A stretch of 62,680 nt of DNA, filler included, from Pirum gemmata (GCA_002812295.1; 22 parts of 22 records of this genome joined end to end with filler, not necessarily neighbours in it); one strand, 5' to 3'. Shown: positions 25,448 to 39,259, counted from the whole stretch's first letter. Notes: a model not told the origin generated them from the sequence alone. Numbers and translations: made by a program.

Positions 25448-25874
25448 TAAAAATAGCAATGATAATAGCAACTAAAGTGTTGTTTAGGCAATCCAACAGG
25501 GGTCAGAGTTCGGGTTAGGGTTTTTTTGAAGGTTAATATTTTATTATTAATAATAATATTGTCAAATTATTATTATTATTATTATTATTATTNNNNNNNN
25601 NNNNNNNNNNNNNNNNNNNNNNNNNNNNNNNNNNNNTTAATTAATTAANNNNNNNNNNNNNNNNNNNNNNNNNNNNNNNNNNNNNNNNNNNNTTATTATT
25701 ATTATTATTACCATTGTCATTATTATTTTGGAAGTTAGTATCATATTCAGTATTCACCTGTATATAGTACCAATAATACTTGACTTGTAAATTGGAATTT
25801 TCTTTTTTTCTTAGTGCTATGGCAATATTACTTGACTTATTATCCTATGTTTTGGTTTTTTGTTATTTTGGTAG

Positions 25875-28134
25875 GGTACGTGCAATTAAATATGATTATA
25901 GCTGGGTTTTTGAAAACCCAAATCAGGCTCTGTTAAATAGGTTATTAAGTGGCCGTTTAAGAGTGCATCTCGGTGGGAAAAAAATGGTAATGGACTTTGC
26001 CCAGACGTCTGTTTTTTATGGTAACACTAAAAGTTTAACCCTTATATTAATTGTTGTGTATTTTTTTTAGAATTAATTATTGTGATTTATTGTCTAACCC
26101 TTAAGCATATCCTAATTAGTGTTTATTATTATTAATGCTTGATAGCAGGGTTAGGGTTAGGGTTAGGGTTAGGGTTAGGGTTAGGGTAAATTTAATAATA
26201 AAGTTTGGTTTAACTTTAGTAGCTACTACTAATGGGTTTAGTAGTATTAGTATTAGTATTAGTAGTAGTAGTAGTTTCAGTAGAAGATTTTAAATTATCC
26301 AACCCTTAACAATTTCTAACCCTTATTCTAATCATTATTTATTATTATTCCAGTAATAATGATTTATTGTCTAACCGTTGTTAATTATTATTAAAAATTG
26401 TAATAAAATATTATTATTATTATTATTAAGATTTATAATTATACTTAGTATGAATTACTGTTATTTTTATTTATTTTTTATTTTAAGTTTTATTTATTAT
26501 TATTATTTTGTCTATTCCAGCATTTCGATAGCAGTGATATTATTGTTTTGTTTTCGTACTAGCTGCTTGCAAATAATTATACTTGTAATTAATTTAATAT
26601 ATTATTTTTTTACTTTATCTTAAGGTTCTATTAATACTCTAAAGGTTTTTCATAAGTTAGGGTTTGAAATTAAAAAGAAAAAGAAACATAACATTAATGC
26701 CTTGGAACTGGCTGTAAAATTTAACCGTTTGGAATGTGTAGAATTTTTAAAAAGCAATACCGAATTGAAGTAAATAATTAAAATTTTCTTTTTCGTTTTT
26801 TTATATTGTTGTTAGTTTGTGTGTAAATTTAGGGTTACACTAATATGGGTTGGATCGTTATTATTCCCATTAACTAACTATCTTTACTATATTATTCCGA
26901 ATAAACATTCTATCATTTATATATTCAAATGGGCAACAAAGATAGTTAGGTAGGGTTTGGTTTTGGGTTAGGGTCAGGGTTAGGGTTAGGTTAGAAGTAG
27001 AAATAACTTTGTTAGTGTCAAACGATACAATAGTATATGCAAGATTAACAGAAATTAATTATCGTTATTTTGATTTTATTGTTTTGACTTTTATTTCAGG
27101 GTTTCGGATGTATTTGCAAAATTTGCTTATAGTGAAGGTTTTGTGGATATCGTCAAGTATTTTCATAGTCAATCTTTAGAATTTACCTTTTTATTCAAAA
27201 CTAGTGAAATATTTGATTTAGTAGCTCACAAAGGTTCATTTAATTTTTTAATCATTTTTTGCTTCCTATCGGCTTCTTTTCTCATATCCCATTCTGTAAT
27301 TTCGATTGACCTCCCTCTCCCCCTTCTGCTAATACCAGTCCTGTGAAGTATTGATTTGGTAATTCATAAAGATCTAGTTAATTTCATATGCATCTACTCA
27401 ACAAAGATCCTGCCATTAACAATGTTCCTATGTCTTTGCTAATCGTCATTGATTATCCCCCGACCTTAATCCTAACCCTCGCCAACCAACAATCGCTACG
27501 CCTTCTACCTTCCCTGTTTTTTTTTATTTTACTAACATGCCTGATCAAATGAGTAATATTAACTTGTAGTTTATGCCCCCCACCCCCCACCTTCGTTATA
27601 TACCGTAACCACTTTAAACTTTAACTCTGAATAAAGAGAGCTGTTTTGTTCCATTGTTCTTTATGGTTTTGGTGGTTTTAATTTGGGGTAATTTCTATTG
27701 AAGTTTATCTATTTCTTTCTTTTATCCTTCACTCCGAAAAAGATGATTCATCAAAATGATAAAGCATTTACATTCAATCGATGCTTGTTTTCATTGATCA
27801 TAATAATTTTGCTTGTCCCTTTTAATTGGTTTTAATCGGGATAGTTTCCATTCTATAGCTCGGGCTGATTAGTCAACTCATCTTTTTATTTTATCTTTTC
27901 TTTTATCTTTCACTCTGAACAAAGGTGATTTAAGAATGATAAAGCACTTGCATGAAATCAATGCAACCGCGTCCGTATCATCGATGAATGCAGCAGCCGA
28001 AAATGGTCATTTAGAAGTAGTTAAGTTCTTACATGAAAATCGCCGAGAAGGTTGTACAGTTAATGCAGTTGACTACGCAGCAAGAAAGGGTCATTTGCAA
28101 GTAGTTGAATTTCTAATTGAAAATCGGACAGAAG
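25875..28134 (+). CDS. Ankyrin-repeat protein, four internal exons (25875-26020, 26625-26769, 27100-27233, 27925-28134)
   Basis: GT-AG junctions with consistent phases (1, 2, 1); peptides ALELAVKFNRLECVEFL, EGFVDIVKYFH, MNAAAENGHLEVVKFLHENRREGCT, DYAARKGHLQVVEFL. Confidence 0.88.
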
Positions 28135-28410
28135 GTGTCCTAACCCTAACCTCTAAACCACAACCCCAACCCTAAACCCTAAACCACAACCCCAACCCTA
28201 AACCCTAAACCCCTAACCCCTAAACCCCTAAACCCTACACCCCTAAATCCTAACCCCTAACCCCTAAATCCTAACCCCTAACACCTAACCCTTAACCCCT
28301 AACCCCTAACNNNNNNNNNNNNNNNNNNNNNNNNNNNNNNNNNNNNNNNNNNNNTTAATTAATTAANNNNNNNNNNNNNNNNNNNNNNNNNNNNNNNNNN
28401 NNNNNNNNNN

Positions 28411-28505
28411 TGTGGTAGGTAGACAGTGTGGTAGGTAGACAGTGTGGTAGGTAGACAGTGTGGTAGGTAGACAGTGTGGTAGGTAGACAATGTGGTAGCT
28501 AGACA
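28411..28505 (+). repeat. 16-bp minisatellite (TGTGGTAGGTAGACAG)n
   Basis: About 6 tandem copies at a contig start. Confidence 0.9.
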
Positions 28506-28850
28506 CCGAGTTTGGATGGAGTTGTAGGGGTCAGAGTTAAGGTTAAGGGGAGGGGTTAGGAGTTAGGGGTTAGGGTTAAGGTTAGAGATTGTTTGATTTT
28601 AATTGGGATAGGAGTTTAATAAACAGATAATTCCATGTCCAATTGTTGCTTATTCTAACCCTGACCCTAACCCTAACCCTAACCCTAGTAGTCCCAATTC
28701 TAATCCTAATCCTAATCAACCTTAATCCTAATCCCAACGTTATTAATTTCAACCCTAACCCTAATCGCAATGTGAACGAATTTCGTTTATTTTTGCTTTT
28801 TATACTAAAGTTATATTCTGTATTGAATTTTATCGGTAATATTATAAATG

Positions 28851-30931
28851 TTATTTATTTATATATTCGCAAGTAGGGAAGTCGCAATCGTCCTTTTTTT
28901 CATACAAATGATTTTGAAAATCTTCGTACGAACTATACTTTGTCAAATTGAATATTTTACTATTTTTAAAACTATTCGGATTATTTATAATACCAGTATG
29001 CTTGGACGAGTACACTTTCTCTGAACATTTTTCACCGGGGGTCACAGTCCTACACCCGGTGTTCCCGGGATCCGCGGGGCGTTCGTAATAATCCATACCG
29101 TACTGCCAAGAGAAAACATTATTGGGATCATATTTTTTATGAATTCGCTGTAAACGAGGGAAATTATCACCCCAAAATCTTGCTCCATAATTCCTCAAAC
29201 CGTTGGCATTATGATTAATATAACTACCTAAGTAAGTACCTGGATATTTTTTGTTAAACTCTTCCAAATTAGTCATCAAATAGTTTCCATATTCATTACA
29301 GGCAGCTTGTTCGTTAGCTTGACCGTACCACATCCCCCACCATATTTCTACTCTCGCTTCTCTTGCAAAAAATGCAGTCGCTGTTGAATCAACCGCAGAG
29401 AAAGCGGTATTGTTACCACCAACACCATAAATATGCCATAGTGGTATTGTACTGCATCCTTTGTCTTTGAAGCCATTTTTGAAAGCAGTCATTAACCAGA
29501 GTGCAACTTCATAGTTCATGGTTTTCGAATAAATAGATCCACCGCTCATCCAGTAATTTGATTGACGATGGTTAACGCTTTCTTCATCTGGAAAAGCACC
29601 CCCTATGTTGTAACTTTTTATTTCACTATATTGAATAGAGTCGCGGTTAATAAAATTGGTTGGTAAAGTGCTAAGAAATTGCTCAAAGACTGCTTTTCCT
29701 TCCTCCAAAGGTCCATGATAATGATAGTCCCCATCCATTTTGTTGCCAAAAATATTAAACCCCCTTAAAAAAAACTTTTTATCCAACTTGTCTTGGGCTT
29801 CTATAAACTTGACCACGTAAGTTGCCAGTGCATTGGTATCATATTTGTTGTTGTAACTAAAAGTAGCTAAAGAATCCATGCCATTTTCCTTAATAAGCTT
29901 CATTTTGAACTCTGTAACAACCCCGAAATTACCCAAACCAGCCCCCGATAAAGCAAAAAACAAATCTTTATATTTTGCATCTCCACGGTTAACCCATACA
30001 TCCTCACCACTGGCAAGTACTACATGATATCCTTCAATTGTATCAATAGCTAAACCGTAAGCCCGTTGGAAATAAGACTGGCCTCCTCCCAAAATATAAC
30101 CCGTGACACCAGTATCTCGATGAGAACCTCCGAGGAACACTAAATTATTAGCGTGGACTACGTTAGCTAGATCAACTAGTCGTAAACCAGCGCCAAATGT
30201 TATTATATTCGTTTCTGGTTCCAAATAAATGTTGTCTAAATATTTAGTAGATATAACAACTTCATCATGAGATTGTGTCGCGTTACCTTGGTAAGCATGC
30301 CCCCCGCTTTTAGTTTTAAACCTAACTTTGTGAGCCGTTAGTATTTTTATCGATATTTTGACATCCTCGGTAGATTTTACTTCAATTACCCCAGCAGGTT
30401 CTCTTTCTTGACAAAAATTGTGCATTTTTTTAGCTCTCCAATATTCAATTTGCGGACCATTAATATAAACAACGTTACCTTTGATTTTTGTTTCAATTTC
30501 TTTCAGCGCTTTTATCCCTCTTTCAAGTTCTGTCAATGGGTCTTCATCACCATCACCATCACCATCACCATCACCATCACCATCACCATCACCATCACCA
30601 TCATCTCCATCGTTTCCTTTTTTTTCTCCACACCAAACTTCTTTTTTGAAAAAAAATTTTGAACTAGAACTACTCTTTAACCAACATGTTCCCGAATTGT
30701 AATTTGCCCAAGCAAATTTAATGCACCCTGGAGTAGCCAGACAAAGCGGGATACAATCTTCTGCAGATGTAGCCTTTTTTTTAACAATATTACCTTCAGC
30801 AAAGTCGCAATTTGGATTGATAACCATGTGGTTTGAATTATTATCATTGTCATTATTTTCAAAATATCCACACGAAACGTCTTTTTTGAAAGTTTTAGCT
30901 GAACTAGATTCATTCTTTAACCAACAAGTAC
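28851..30931 (-). CDS. PAN/Apple-domain FAD-linked oxidase (berberine-bridge-enzyme/AA7-like), last exon; 5' end missing
   Basis: Acceptor at 30933-30932; exon opens GTCWLKN..C (end of one PAN), then a full PAN (CDF..CIPLCLATPGC..FAW..GTCWLKS), (GD)n linker, KSGGHAY flavinylation motif, GVTGYILGGG, ALSGAGLGNFGVVT, BBE motif YINH..FWGDNFPRLQRIHKKYDPNNVF. Confidence 0.9.
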
Positions 30932-30964
30932 CTATGATATATATAAAAAAATTGAATATAATTA

Positions 30965-31028
30965 AATGCTTTTAAGACAACTGGCATTCTTATTTATAAA
31001 TAAGAATGCCAGTTGTCTTAAAAGCATT
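30965..31028. repeat. Perfect 64-bp palindrome in an intron at a contig end
   Basis: aatgcttttaagacaactggcattcttattta followed immediately by its exact reverse complement. Confidence 0.9.
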
Positions 31029-32153
31029 NNNNNNNNNNNNNNNNNNNNNNNNNNNNNNNNNNNNNNNNNNNNTTAATTAATTAANNNNNNNNNNNNNNNN
31101 NNNNNNNNNNNNNNNNNNNNNNNNNNNNCCAACCCCAACCCCTATATAGTTTTTTTCTGATATTTAGCTCTAGCTAACAGTTTTTTACACTTTTGCGTTA
31201 TGATTATTAAAATTTAATTATGATAATATAGTCTACAAAGACCCAGGTTTGTAATATATTATTATTTTGCTATCATAAAATATACAAGAAAGAGTACCAA
31301 ATTAATACAATATAAATCCAATTAATTTAATTTGGTATATTTTATTACCTATTTATTCATTTTAAAAAAGTCAATTTAAATATCATAACCAACCAAATAA
31401 ATATTTGGAGTAACAAAATAAATTAAAAAAGCACAAGCTGCACAATATACTATCTGATATCATAGAGGGGGTCTACAGGACTACTATTGATAGTAGCTAG
31501 CTAGCTAGAGTGGCTACTGCTAAATGAGTATCATACTGCTAAACCCCTCATCTGTATAATATTTATTTATTAGTCTATAATAAATATCATAAAAATTTTT
31601 AAAAAATTAAATTTCCTGAGTGCTAGTCTACAAATAATAAAGACATTAGACTATATCATATTTATCAATATATATCATGCTTTTCATTTATTTTGCCACT
31701 CTGAATATTTATTTGGAGGGTTATAATATTTAAACTGACATTTTTAAATCAATATGAAGATAATAAAATATACCAAATTAAATTAAATAGATTTATATCA
31801 TATTAATTTGGTACTATCTATTGTATATTTTATGATGACAAAAATATGATAACCTAGCTAGTATTAATTATTGTATATTTTATGATGACAAAATAACTGA
31901 AAAGCACTAGAGACTATATAGTCTATCTACGTAAATAAGAAATCCATATATACAAAAGTGCCAGTATTCGCACAATTTCACACTTTTGTCGCATAAAGTG
32001 TCTATTTTATATTTATATAAATAACCTACTAGTATTAATTAGCTAGTATTAATAGTACTAGTAGTATATAAATAACTAAACTTTTTTTTTCAGCACTTTT
32101 CAGCTGTCATATATTATCATATTATAATATCAATAGTGAATAGACTATTGATA

Positions 32154-32306
32154 GGGAGCGTTCAAATAATACGTCACGTCAAGGGGTAGGTAGGTAGGTG
32201 GTATTTGACCAGAAATTAACGTCGAGGAGTAGGTAGGTAGGGGTATTTTTTGAAGCTGTATTTGACTGGAAATTGGCGTTACGTAGTACTATATTTGAAC
32301 GCTCCC
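32154..32306. mobile_element. MITE, family C (PIF/Harbinger-like)
   Basis: 15-bp TIR gggagcgttcaaata / tatttgaacgctccc with ATA on both flanks; copy at 33302-33446 flanked by TTA/TTA; others at ~6581-6690(-), 7208-7277(-), 18267-18383, 18436-18565, 35320-35397(-), 49845-49967. Confidence 0.85.
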
Positions 32307-33712
32307 ATACTACTATGATCAGCTGACTGACTATGATAGCTACCAGTAGTCGGAAGTGTCTCTCTGACTCTACTCTAACTAACTACTCTACTACTATGAT
32401 ATAGGTGATAGGTCTAGCCTCTAGTATTCATAGTAGTGGAGCGTCCTGCCTGGAGCGTCTCCGACTACTCTGGTTTGGCTCGTGCACAGGCCGACCGCTC
32501 ACTCAAGGCCACTCAAGCACCTATCTGATAGCTAGCTAGACTAGCTAGCTAGAGACTCAGACCCTAGCTACTAGAGCTAGCTAGTAGTAGACTCAAGCAG
32601 CACTAAAAGAATTTTGTGGTTTTTTTTTTTTTTTAAATTAAAAAAAAAAAAAATTAAAGTTTTTTAGAACCGTTTTAGAAGTGTTTTAGAACTGTTTTAG
32701 AGTTTTAGACTAATAATAAAGTGTGTAGAATTTTTAGATGAAACTAGCTTCGATAGCTTTAGCCTTCTAATAGGAGGATACTATCGATACTATGATATCA
32801 ATATCACTGATAGTTACTAGCTAGCTAGTAGAGCAGTGAGTAACCACACTGGTCCAGACTCCACAGACTCCACACTGTGGACCACACAGGCTGGGTGACA
32901 CAGCCACAGAGTGCACACACAAAAAGTTTACAAAAAAGTTCCTCAAAAAAATTTCCTAATTTTAGTAATAATTGTCGTTCGCTTGGATCAAAACTTGTAT
33001 TTTCAACAAACTCTAGTTACAAAAGTCTAGTACCACTGTACCATAGAAATTTTTTTACAACAAGTAATTTGCAACAGAGGGACGTATCATACATTGTCAT
33101 TCCACCTCCTATAAAGTATACCCAATTAAATTAAATGGATTTATATTGTATCAATTTGGTACTATTTATTGTATATTTTATGATGACATAATAACTGAAA
33201 AGCATGATAATTAAATATTATGATAAAAAGTTTGAATTAAGAACCAGAATATTCAGATAAGTCACTTTAATAGTACTCTACAGGCAGTATACCGGTAGTT
33301 AGGGAGCGTTCAAGTAACACGTCACGTCAAGGGGTAGGTAGATAGGTAGTATTTGACCAGAAATTAACGTTGAGGGGTAGGTAGGTAGGGGTATTTGAAG
33401 CTGTATTTGACCGGAAGTTGGCGTTACGTAATATTTGAACTCTCTCTTATATGATAAAAGACCCTTAGGATAAAAAAAAAACTAAAACAGTAAACAACCA
33501 GTAAACAACCCTGTCTAATAATAGACTAATAATAGTAAAAAGTCAAATCCGACTTTCGTTTTTTTTTTTAAAAAAAATTTTATTTTTGCTACTACTAGAC
33601 TACCAAGAGCTCTTACTACTGGGTGTTTTTATCATTTACTATCATAGGATTCATAGCTACAATCATAAATTCATAATTATTATAGTATTATTATGGTGAA
33701 AATACCGTGAAA

Positions 33713-33746
<34 letters not shown>

Positions 33747-34220
33747 NNNNNNNNNNNNNNNNNNNNNNNNNNNNNNNNNNNNNNNNNNNNTTAATTAATT
33801 AANNNNNNNNNNNNNNNNNNNNNNNNNNNNNNNNNNNNNNNNNNNNTTTTTTTTTTTTTTTTTCAGTTTTATTTTTCAGTTTTTTTCTAGCTAGCTAGTT
33901 TTTTTCATGAAGTTCTCATTGTATATAATCGTTTTCCTCTCAATCTTTAATTTGGTACTTTTCAAGCGTATAATTGAACTTGTTTATAAAATACAAAATT
34001 AAGAATAAAATACTAAATTAACTAAAACATGCCTGATAGTTTAACCATTATAAAAATTTGGCACCTTTATTCCAGTTTTTGAACTGGGCAACACGATACT
34101 GTTTTTTCACTGTTTTTTCTGTTTTTCTGTTTTTTTTTCTATCCTGTTTTTTTTTTCTGAGTAGAGTTTTTTTCAGGGCTACGATGATAGCTAGTTTTTT
34201 CAGGCTAGTTTGGTTGCTTC

Positions 34221-34317
<97 letters not shown>

Positions 34318-34428
34318 GTTGAACGCTATTATTAAATAATAGCTATAGCAGTGTAAACTTGTAAGCAGAACTCCAAAGTTTACTTTATAATTAACAATAA
34401 TCACAAGAATATCCCTATGAGCGTATGA

Positions 34429-34469
<41 letters not shown>

Positions 34470-37196
34470 GTCTTAGTCAATTTTGATACCTTTCAATAGT
34501 CTTTCAATTCGCTAGTTTCAATATTAATTCGGTACCCTTACTAACCCTAACCCTAACCCTAACCCTAACCCTAACCCTAACCCTAACCCTAACCCTAACC
34601 CTAACCCTAACCCTACGTTATCTAATAAAAAAAAATTCCACAAAAAAGACAATTTTTTTACACTTTTTTTACTTATTGCTTTTCATTTATTTTGTCACTC
34701 TGAATATTTATTTTGTTGGTTATTATATAATATTCAAATTGATATTTTTAAATTAATAATTAGATTATAAAAAATACCAAATTAAATAAAATGGATTTTT
34801 ATTGTTTTAATTTGATACTCTTTATTGTATATTAAATTTTTATGATGACAAAACAACACATAGTCCGCACAGTAATATTTATATTTTAATATTAATATTA
34901 TAACAAATAAATATTTATATAGTAATATTATTATATAAAGAACAAAACTATCTTCTATTTCATTACAGTTGTCCTCCCAATCTTTAATTTGGTACTGTTT
35001 AAGTGTATAATTGAACTTGTTTATAAAATACAACATTAAGTATAAAATACCAAATTAATTAAAACATGTCGGATAGTTTAACCATAATAATAATTTGGTA
35101 CGTTTATTTCAGCTTTTGAACGACAACACTAGTATTATTGAAAAACACGATAGAACTAATAATACTATATGTAGACACCTTTCTCCCACCTAGTTTCTCC
35201 CACGCCTGTGAAGGAGATAGTTTATGTTTACAAATAATTTATAATAATAATAGTAATAATAATAATAACTAAAACAAAACTACCATGGCACTAGAGACAG
35301 TATTTTTTTCTGTGCTTCCCCTCGACGTTAATTTCTGGTCAAATACCACCTACCTATTCATACCTACCCCTTGACTTGGCGTATTATTTGAACGCTCGGG
35401 TTAGGATTAGGATTAGGGTTAGGGCTAGGGTTAGGGTTAGGGTTAGGGTTAGGGTTAGGGTTATAATATATAGGGTTAGGGTTAGGGTTAGGGTCCTACA
35501 AAAAATCCCAATGAAGATAATTACCTGGGGTTAAGTACTGTATTAATTAGTTTTAAAATTAGGGAGCATTTATAAAGGGCGTCACTTGTTCTTTGATAGA
35601 AGTCATAGCTCGAAAGTATGACTTAAACTGTTTTAGGCAGTAATTCATTATTAAAAAATGAACTTTAAAATTATGACCAAAAGTGTTTTGGACAAAGAGG
35701 CATAGGTAAGATTAGGCATTTTTTGAACTCCTTGGATGAGGTAACGTTCTTTTAAAATATGGATGATTCCTAAAGCTATTCCTAAGTTGATATTTTTTAT
35801 TAAAAAAAATAAAATTAAATTTTACATAATAAAAAAAAAAACATTCCTTTTTTGTATTGACCTGACATCAGTTCATCATTGCGTTAGTATTGCGATCTAG
35901 TAGACCCCTCTACATAATATTATTATTCCCAGATATTATTCCCGACCCGTCTATTTAGTACTAGTTTGCGTCTACGACGTCTTCTCAATCTTTAATTTGG
36001 TACTGTTTAAGCGTATAACAAAACTTTTTTATTTAAATAACCCATTATTTTTATATAAGTTACCAAATTAATTAAAAAATTTCTGATAGTTTACTATAAT
36101 GATTGTAAGTTTGTTTCAGTTTTTGAACTGGGCAAAACTAATGAAAAACACTTGGTGTTGAAAAAAACACGGAAAACCACGATATAAGTGTGAGCTTAAG
36201 TGCCAGTTAAAGTATCAAGCTAGAGTAGTCTAACATGCTAAGCTTTTATAAATTAGTATTAATACCTTAGTTGGTACCAGGTAGTTATTATTGCTTAAAA
36301 TTAAAAGAAAAAACCGTAGGGTACCTATTATTATTATATTATTAATATAATTATTTTAATATNNNNNGGGATAAGAGTCGAAGTAGTAGTATTAGTTATA
36401 GTAGTAGTAGTAGTTGTTGTTGTTGTTGTAGTAGTAATAGTTGTTGTAGTTGTAATAGTAGTAGTATTAGTTATAGTATTAGTAGTAGTATTAGTTATAG
36501 TATTAGTTGTTGTCGTTGTTGTCGTTGTTGTTGTTATTGTTGTTGTTATTGTTATTGTTGTTGTTGCTGTAGTTGTAGTATTAGTTGAAGTAGTAGTTGC
36601 AGTAGTAGTAGAAGTAGTAGTAGTAGTAGAAGCAGTGGTAGAAGTAGTAGAAGAAGTAGTAGAAGAAGAAGTAGTAGTAGAAGTAGTAGAAGTAGTAGAA
36701 GTAGTAGTCGTAGTAGTAGTAGTAGTAATAGTAGCAATAGTAGTAGTAGAGGTAGAGGTAGAAGTAGAGGTAGTAGTAGCAGTAGTGGAAGTGGAAGTTG
36801 AAGTGGAATTATTTATAAGTGGAGGTAGGCAGAGGTAGAAGTAGAGGACACTGGTGGCGCTGGTAATAAGAATGGTTGTAGTAGTAGTAGTAGTAGTAAT
36901 GGTGGTTAGTGGGAGTGAAGGTGGGGGTGGAGGTGATAAATGATAATAATAATAGTAATAGTAATAGTAATAGTAATAGTAATAGTAATAGTAATAGTAA
37001 TAGTAATAGTAATAGTAAAACAGCAATACTAATATGCTAATAATAATANATAATAATAATAATAATAATAACCACTACTACGTATATTATTGTTCCTATC
37101 ACCAATACTTAATAATAATAATAGTTGCCATTCATTACCTAACCCTAACCCTAACCCTACCCTAACCCTAACCCTAACCATAATCATAATAATTAC

Positions 37197-37256
37197 CTTT
37201 CATTACTGGGTGCCTGTCAAATAAAGCTTGTAGCGCGAACGTTTCTTCTTTTGAAC
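37197..37256 (-). CDS. Internal exon of a CREG-like (split-barrel) protein
   Basis: 60-nt AG/GT-bounded exon encoding SKEETFALQALFDRHPVMK, resembling the CREG ..LF.RHP.MK.WP segment; neighbouring exons not found. Confidence 0.5.
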
Positions 37257-37611
37257 CTTTATAATTTGTTATTCGGAAAGATAAACACACATAATATGGA
37301 AAATTATCAATATTCGTCGAAGTAGTAGTAATAGCAGTAGAAGTTAAGGTGGTGGTGGTGGTGGTGGTGTTAGATATAGCAGTGGTAATGGCAGTTGTTG
37401 TAGTAGTAACTATCCTACTTGTAGTCGTACTTGTAGTAGTATATGGTGGTGGTAGTAGTAGTAGTAGTAGAAGAAGAAGAAGAAGAAGTTATAGTAATAG
37501 TAGTAGTAGTAGCACTGGTAGTAGTAGAAGTAAAAGTAAAAGTAAAAGTAAAAGTAAAAGTAAAAGTAAAAGTAAAAGTAAAAGTAAAAGTAAAAGTAAA
37601 AGTAAAAGTAA

Positions 37612-37752
<141 letters not shown>

Positions 37753-38066
37753 GGCTTAAATAAAAATAAAAAATTTCTAAAAAGGAAATAATAATAATAA
37801 TAATAATGTATATATAATAATAATGAGGATGATGATAATTAAAACAGTAAAAATAATAATGATAATAATGATAATGATAATGATAACAGCAATAACAATA
37901 ATAATAATAATAACAATAATAATAATAATAATAATAATNNNNNNNNNNNNNNNNNNNNNNNNNNNNNNNNNNNNNNNNNNNNTTAATTAATTAANNNNNN
38001 NNNNNNNNNNNNNNNNNNNNNNNNNNNNNNNNNNNNNNTTATTATTATTATTATTATTATTATTAG

Positions 38067-38201
38067 GATGCTACAGATTTTAACGAAATTTTGATTACTA
38101 CAACTATGGTGTCCGAGCATATGCCCGACAATGCAGTTCGAGTTTTGCAACAAACTTACGAAGAACTAAAACCACAAAGATTAGTAAGCAGAGTTATATA
38201 A
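38067..38201 (+). CDS. Possible exon of an unknown protein
   Basis: After (ATT)n-tag acceptor: DATDFNEILITTTMVSEHMPDNAVRVLQQTYEELKPQRLVSRVI*; could instead splice at gtaag ~38184. Confidence 0.4.
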   Translation, partial: DATDFNEILITTTMVSEHMPDNAVRVLQQTYEELKPQRLVSRVI

Positions 38202-38599
38202 TAAAAATACCAAATTACTGTATTATTGATAACGACAAATATACAATAATTTAGTTTCGAATTAGTATATTACGGTACGAATTAAGTAAAAATAGCCTAC
38301 CTTTACGTTGCTGTCTAAGTAGGCAATCTGTTAAATATTACTAGCCAATATACACAATCGGATTCCGGGTTAGGGTTAGGGTTAGGGTTAAGGTTAAGGT
38401 TAGGGTTAGGGTTAGGGTTAGGGCTGCAGGATGCCCCCCTCCCCTCTCCGGCAAAGGCCGGGTCTAGCACCCTTTCAATTGGTTGTGTTTAGTCCATTGA
38501 AAGGTGTGAATGATGTAATCATTGCTCGAAGTTATTCCTTTTGTTGTTGTTTGTTTTTTTTTGCTTTTTTTTGTTTTGACAGTAAATTTGCTTTTCGTT

Positions 38600-38604
38600 T
38601 TTTT

Positions 38605-38657
<53 letters not shown>

Positions 38658-39060
38658 TTTTTGTTGTTATTTTTTTTTTTGTTTTTTTTTTTTTTTTTTT
38701 TTTTCTATGAAAGTGTTGTTGCTGCTATTTTTTCTTTAGTATATTTCTTGTCTTTCATTTTGGTTGTTTCATTCATGATGCTTATTAATGTTGTTGGTGA
38801 TTGGCTATTGTTTTTGTCACAAGGACGGCCTTCTTTTCATATTGGGGCTAATACCATTGTTGTGATAGGAATGCATTAGTTCGAGTATTGGGGTGTTGTG
38901 AGTTTTTGCTTGTTTAGATAGTTATGCACTAGTTCTATCGATCTGTCTTCAATTGTTGGCAGAGCTGTTAAATTTTGGAATGGTGTAATTTTGATATGGT
39001 CTACTTGGTGTGTATTTTAGTGATTAGTCTCATTGCTTTGTTTTGTATTATTTCCAGTAT
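38600..39060 (-). mobile_element. 5'-truncated, degraded LINE 3' end with poly(A)
   Basis: Minus strand ILEIIQNKAMRLIT then (frameshifted) LPTIEDR, typical of the segment after non-LTR RT domains; long poly(A) downstream (poly-T 38600-38705 on +). Confidence 0.65.
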
Positions 39061-39218
39061 ATTATATATATATACATATATATATGGAACCAGATGTGGG
39101 TCTTTCAGTCCTTGGATATATATATAGCAAATATATATATATATATATATATATGCATGTATGTATATAGACACCTTCTCAGCTAAATATTCAGTTTCTA
39201 TATATATAGGGTTAGGGG

Positions 39219-39259
<41 letters not shown>

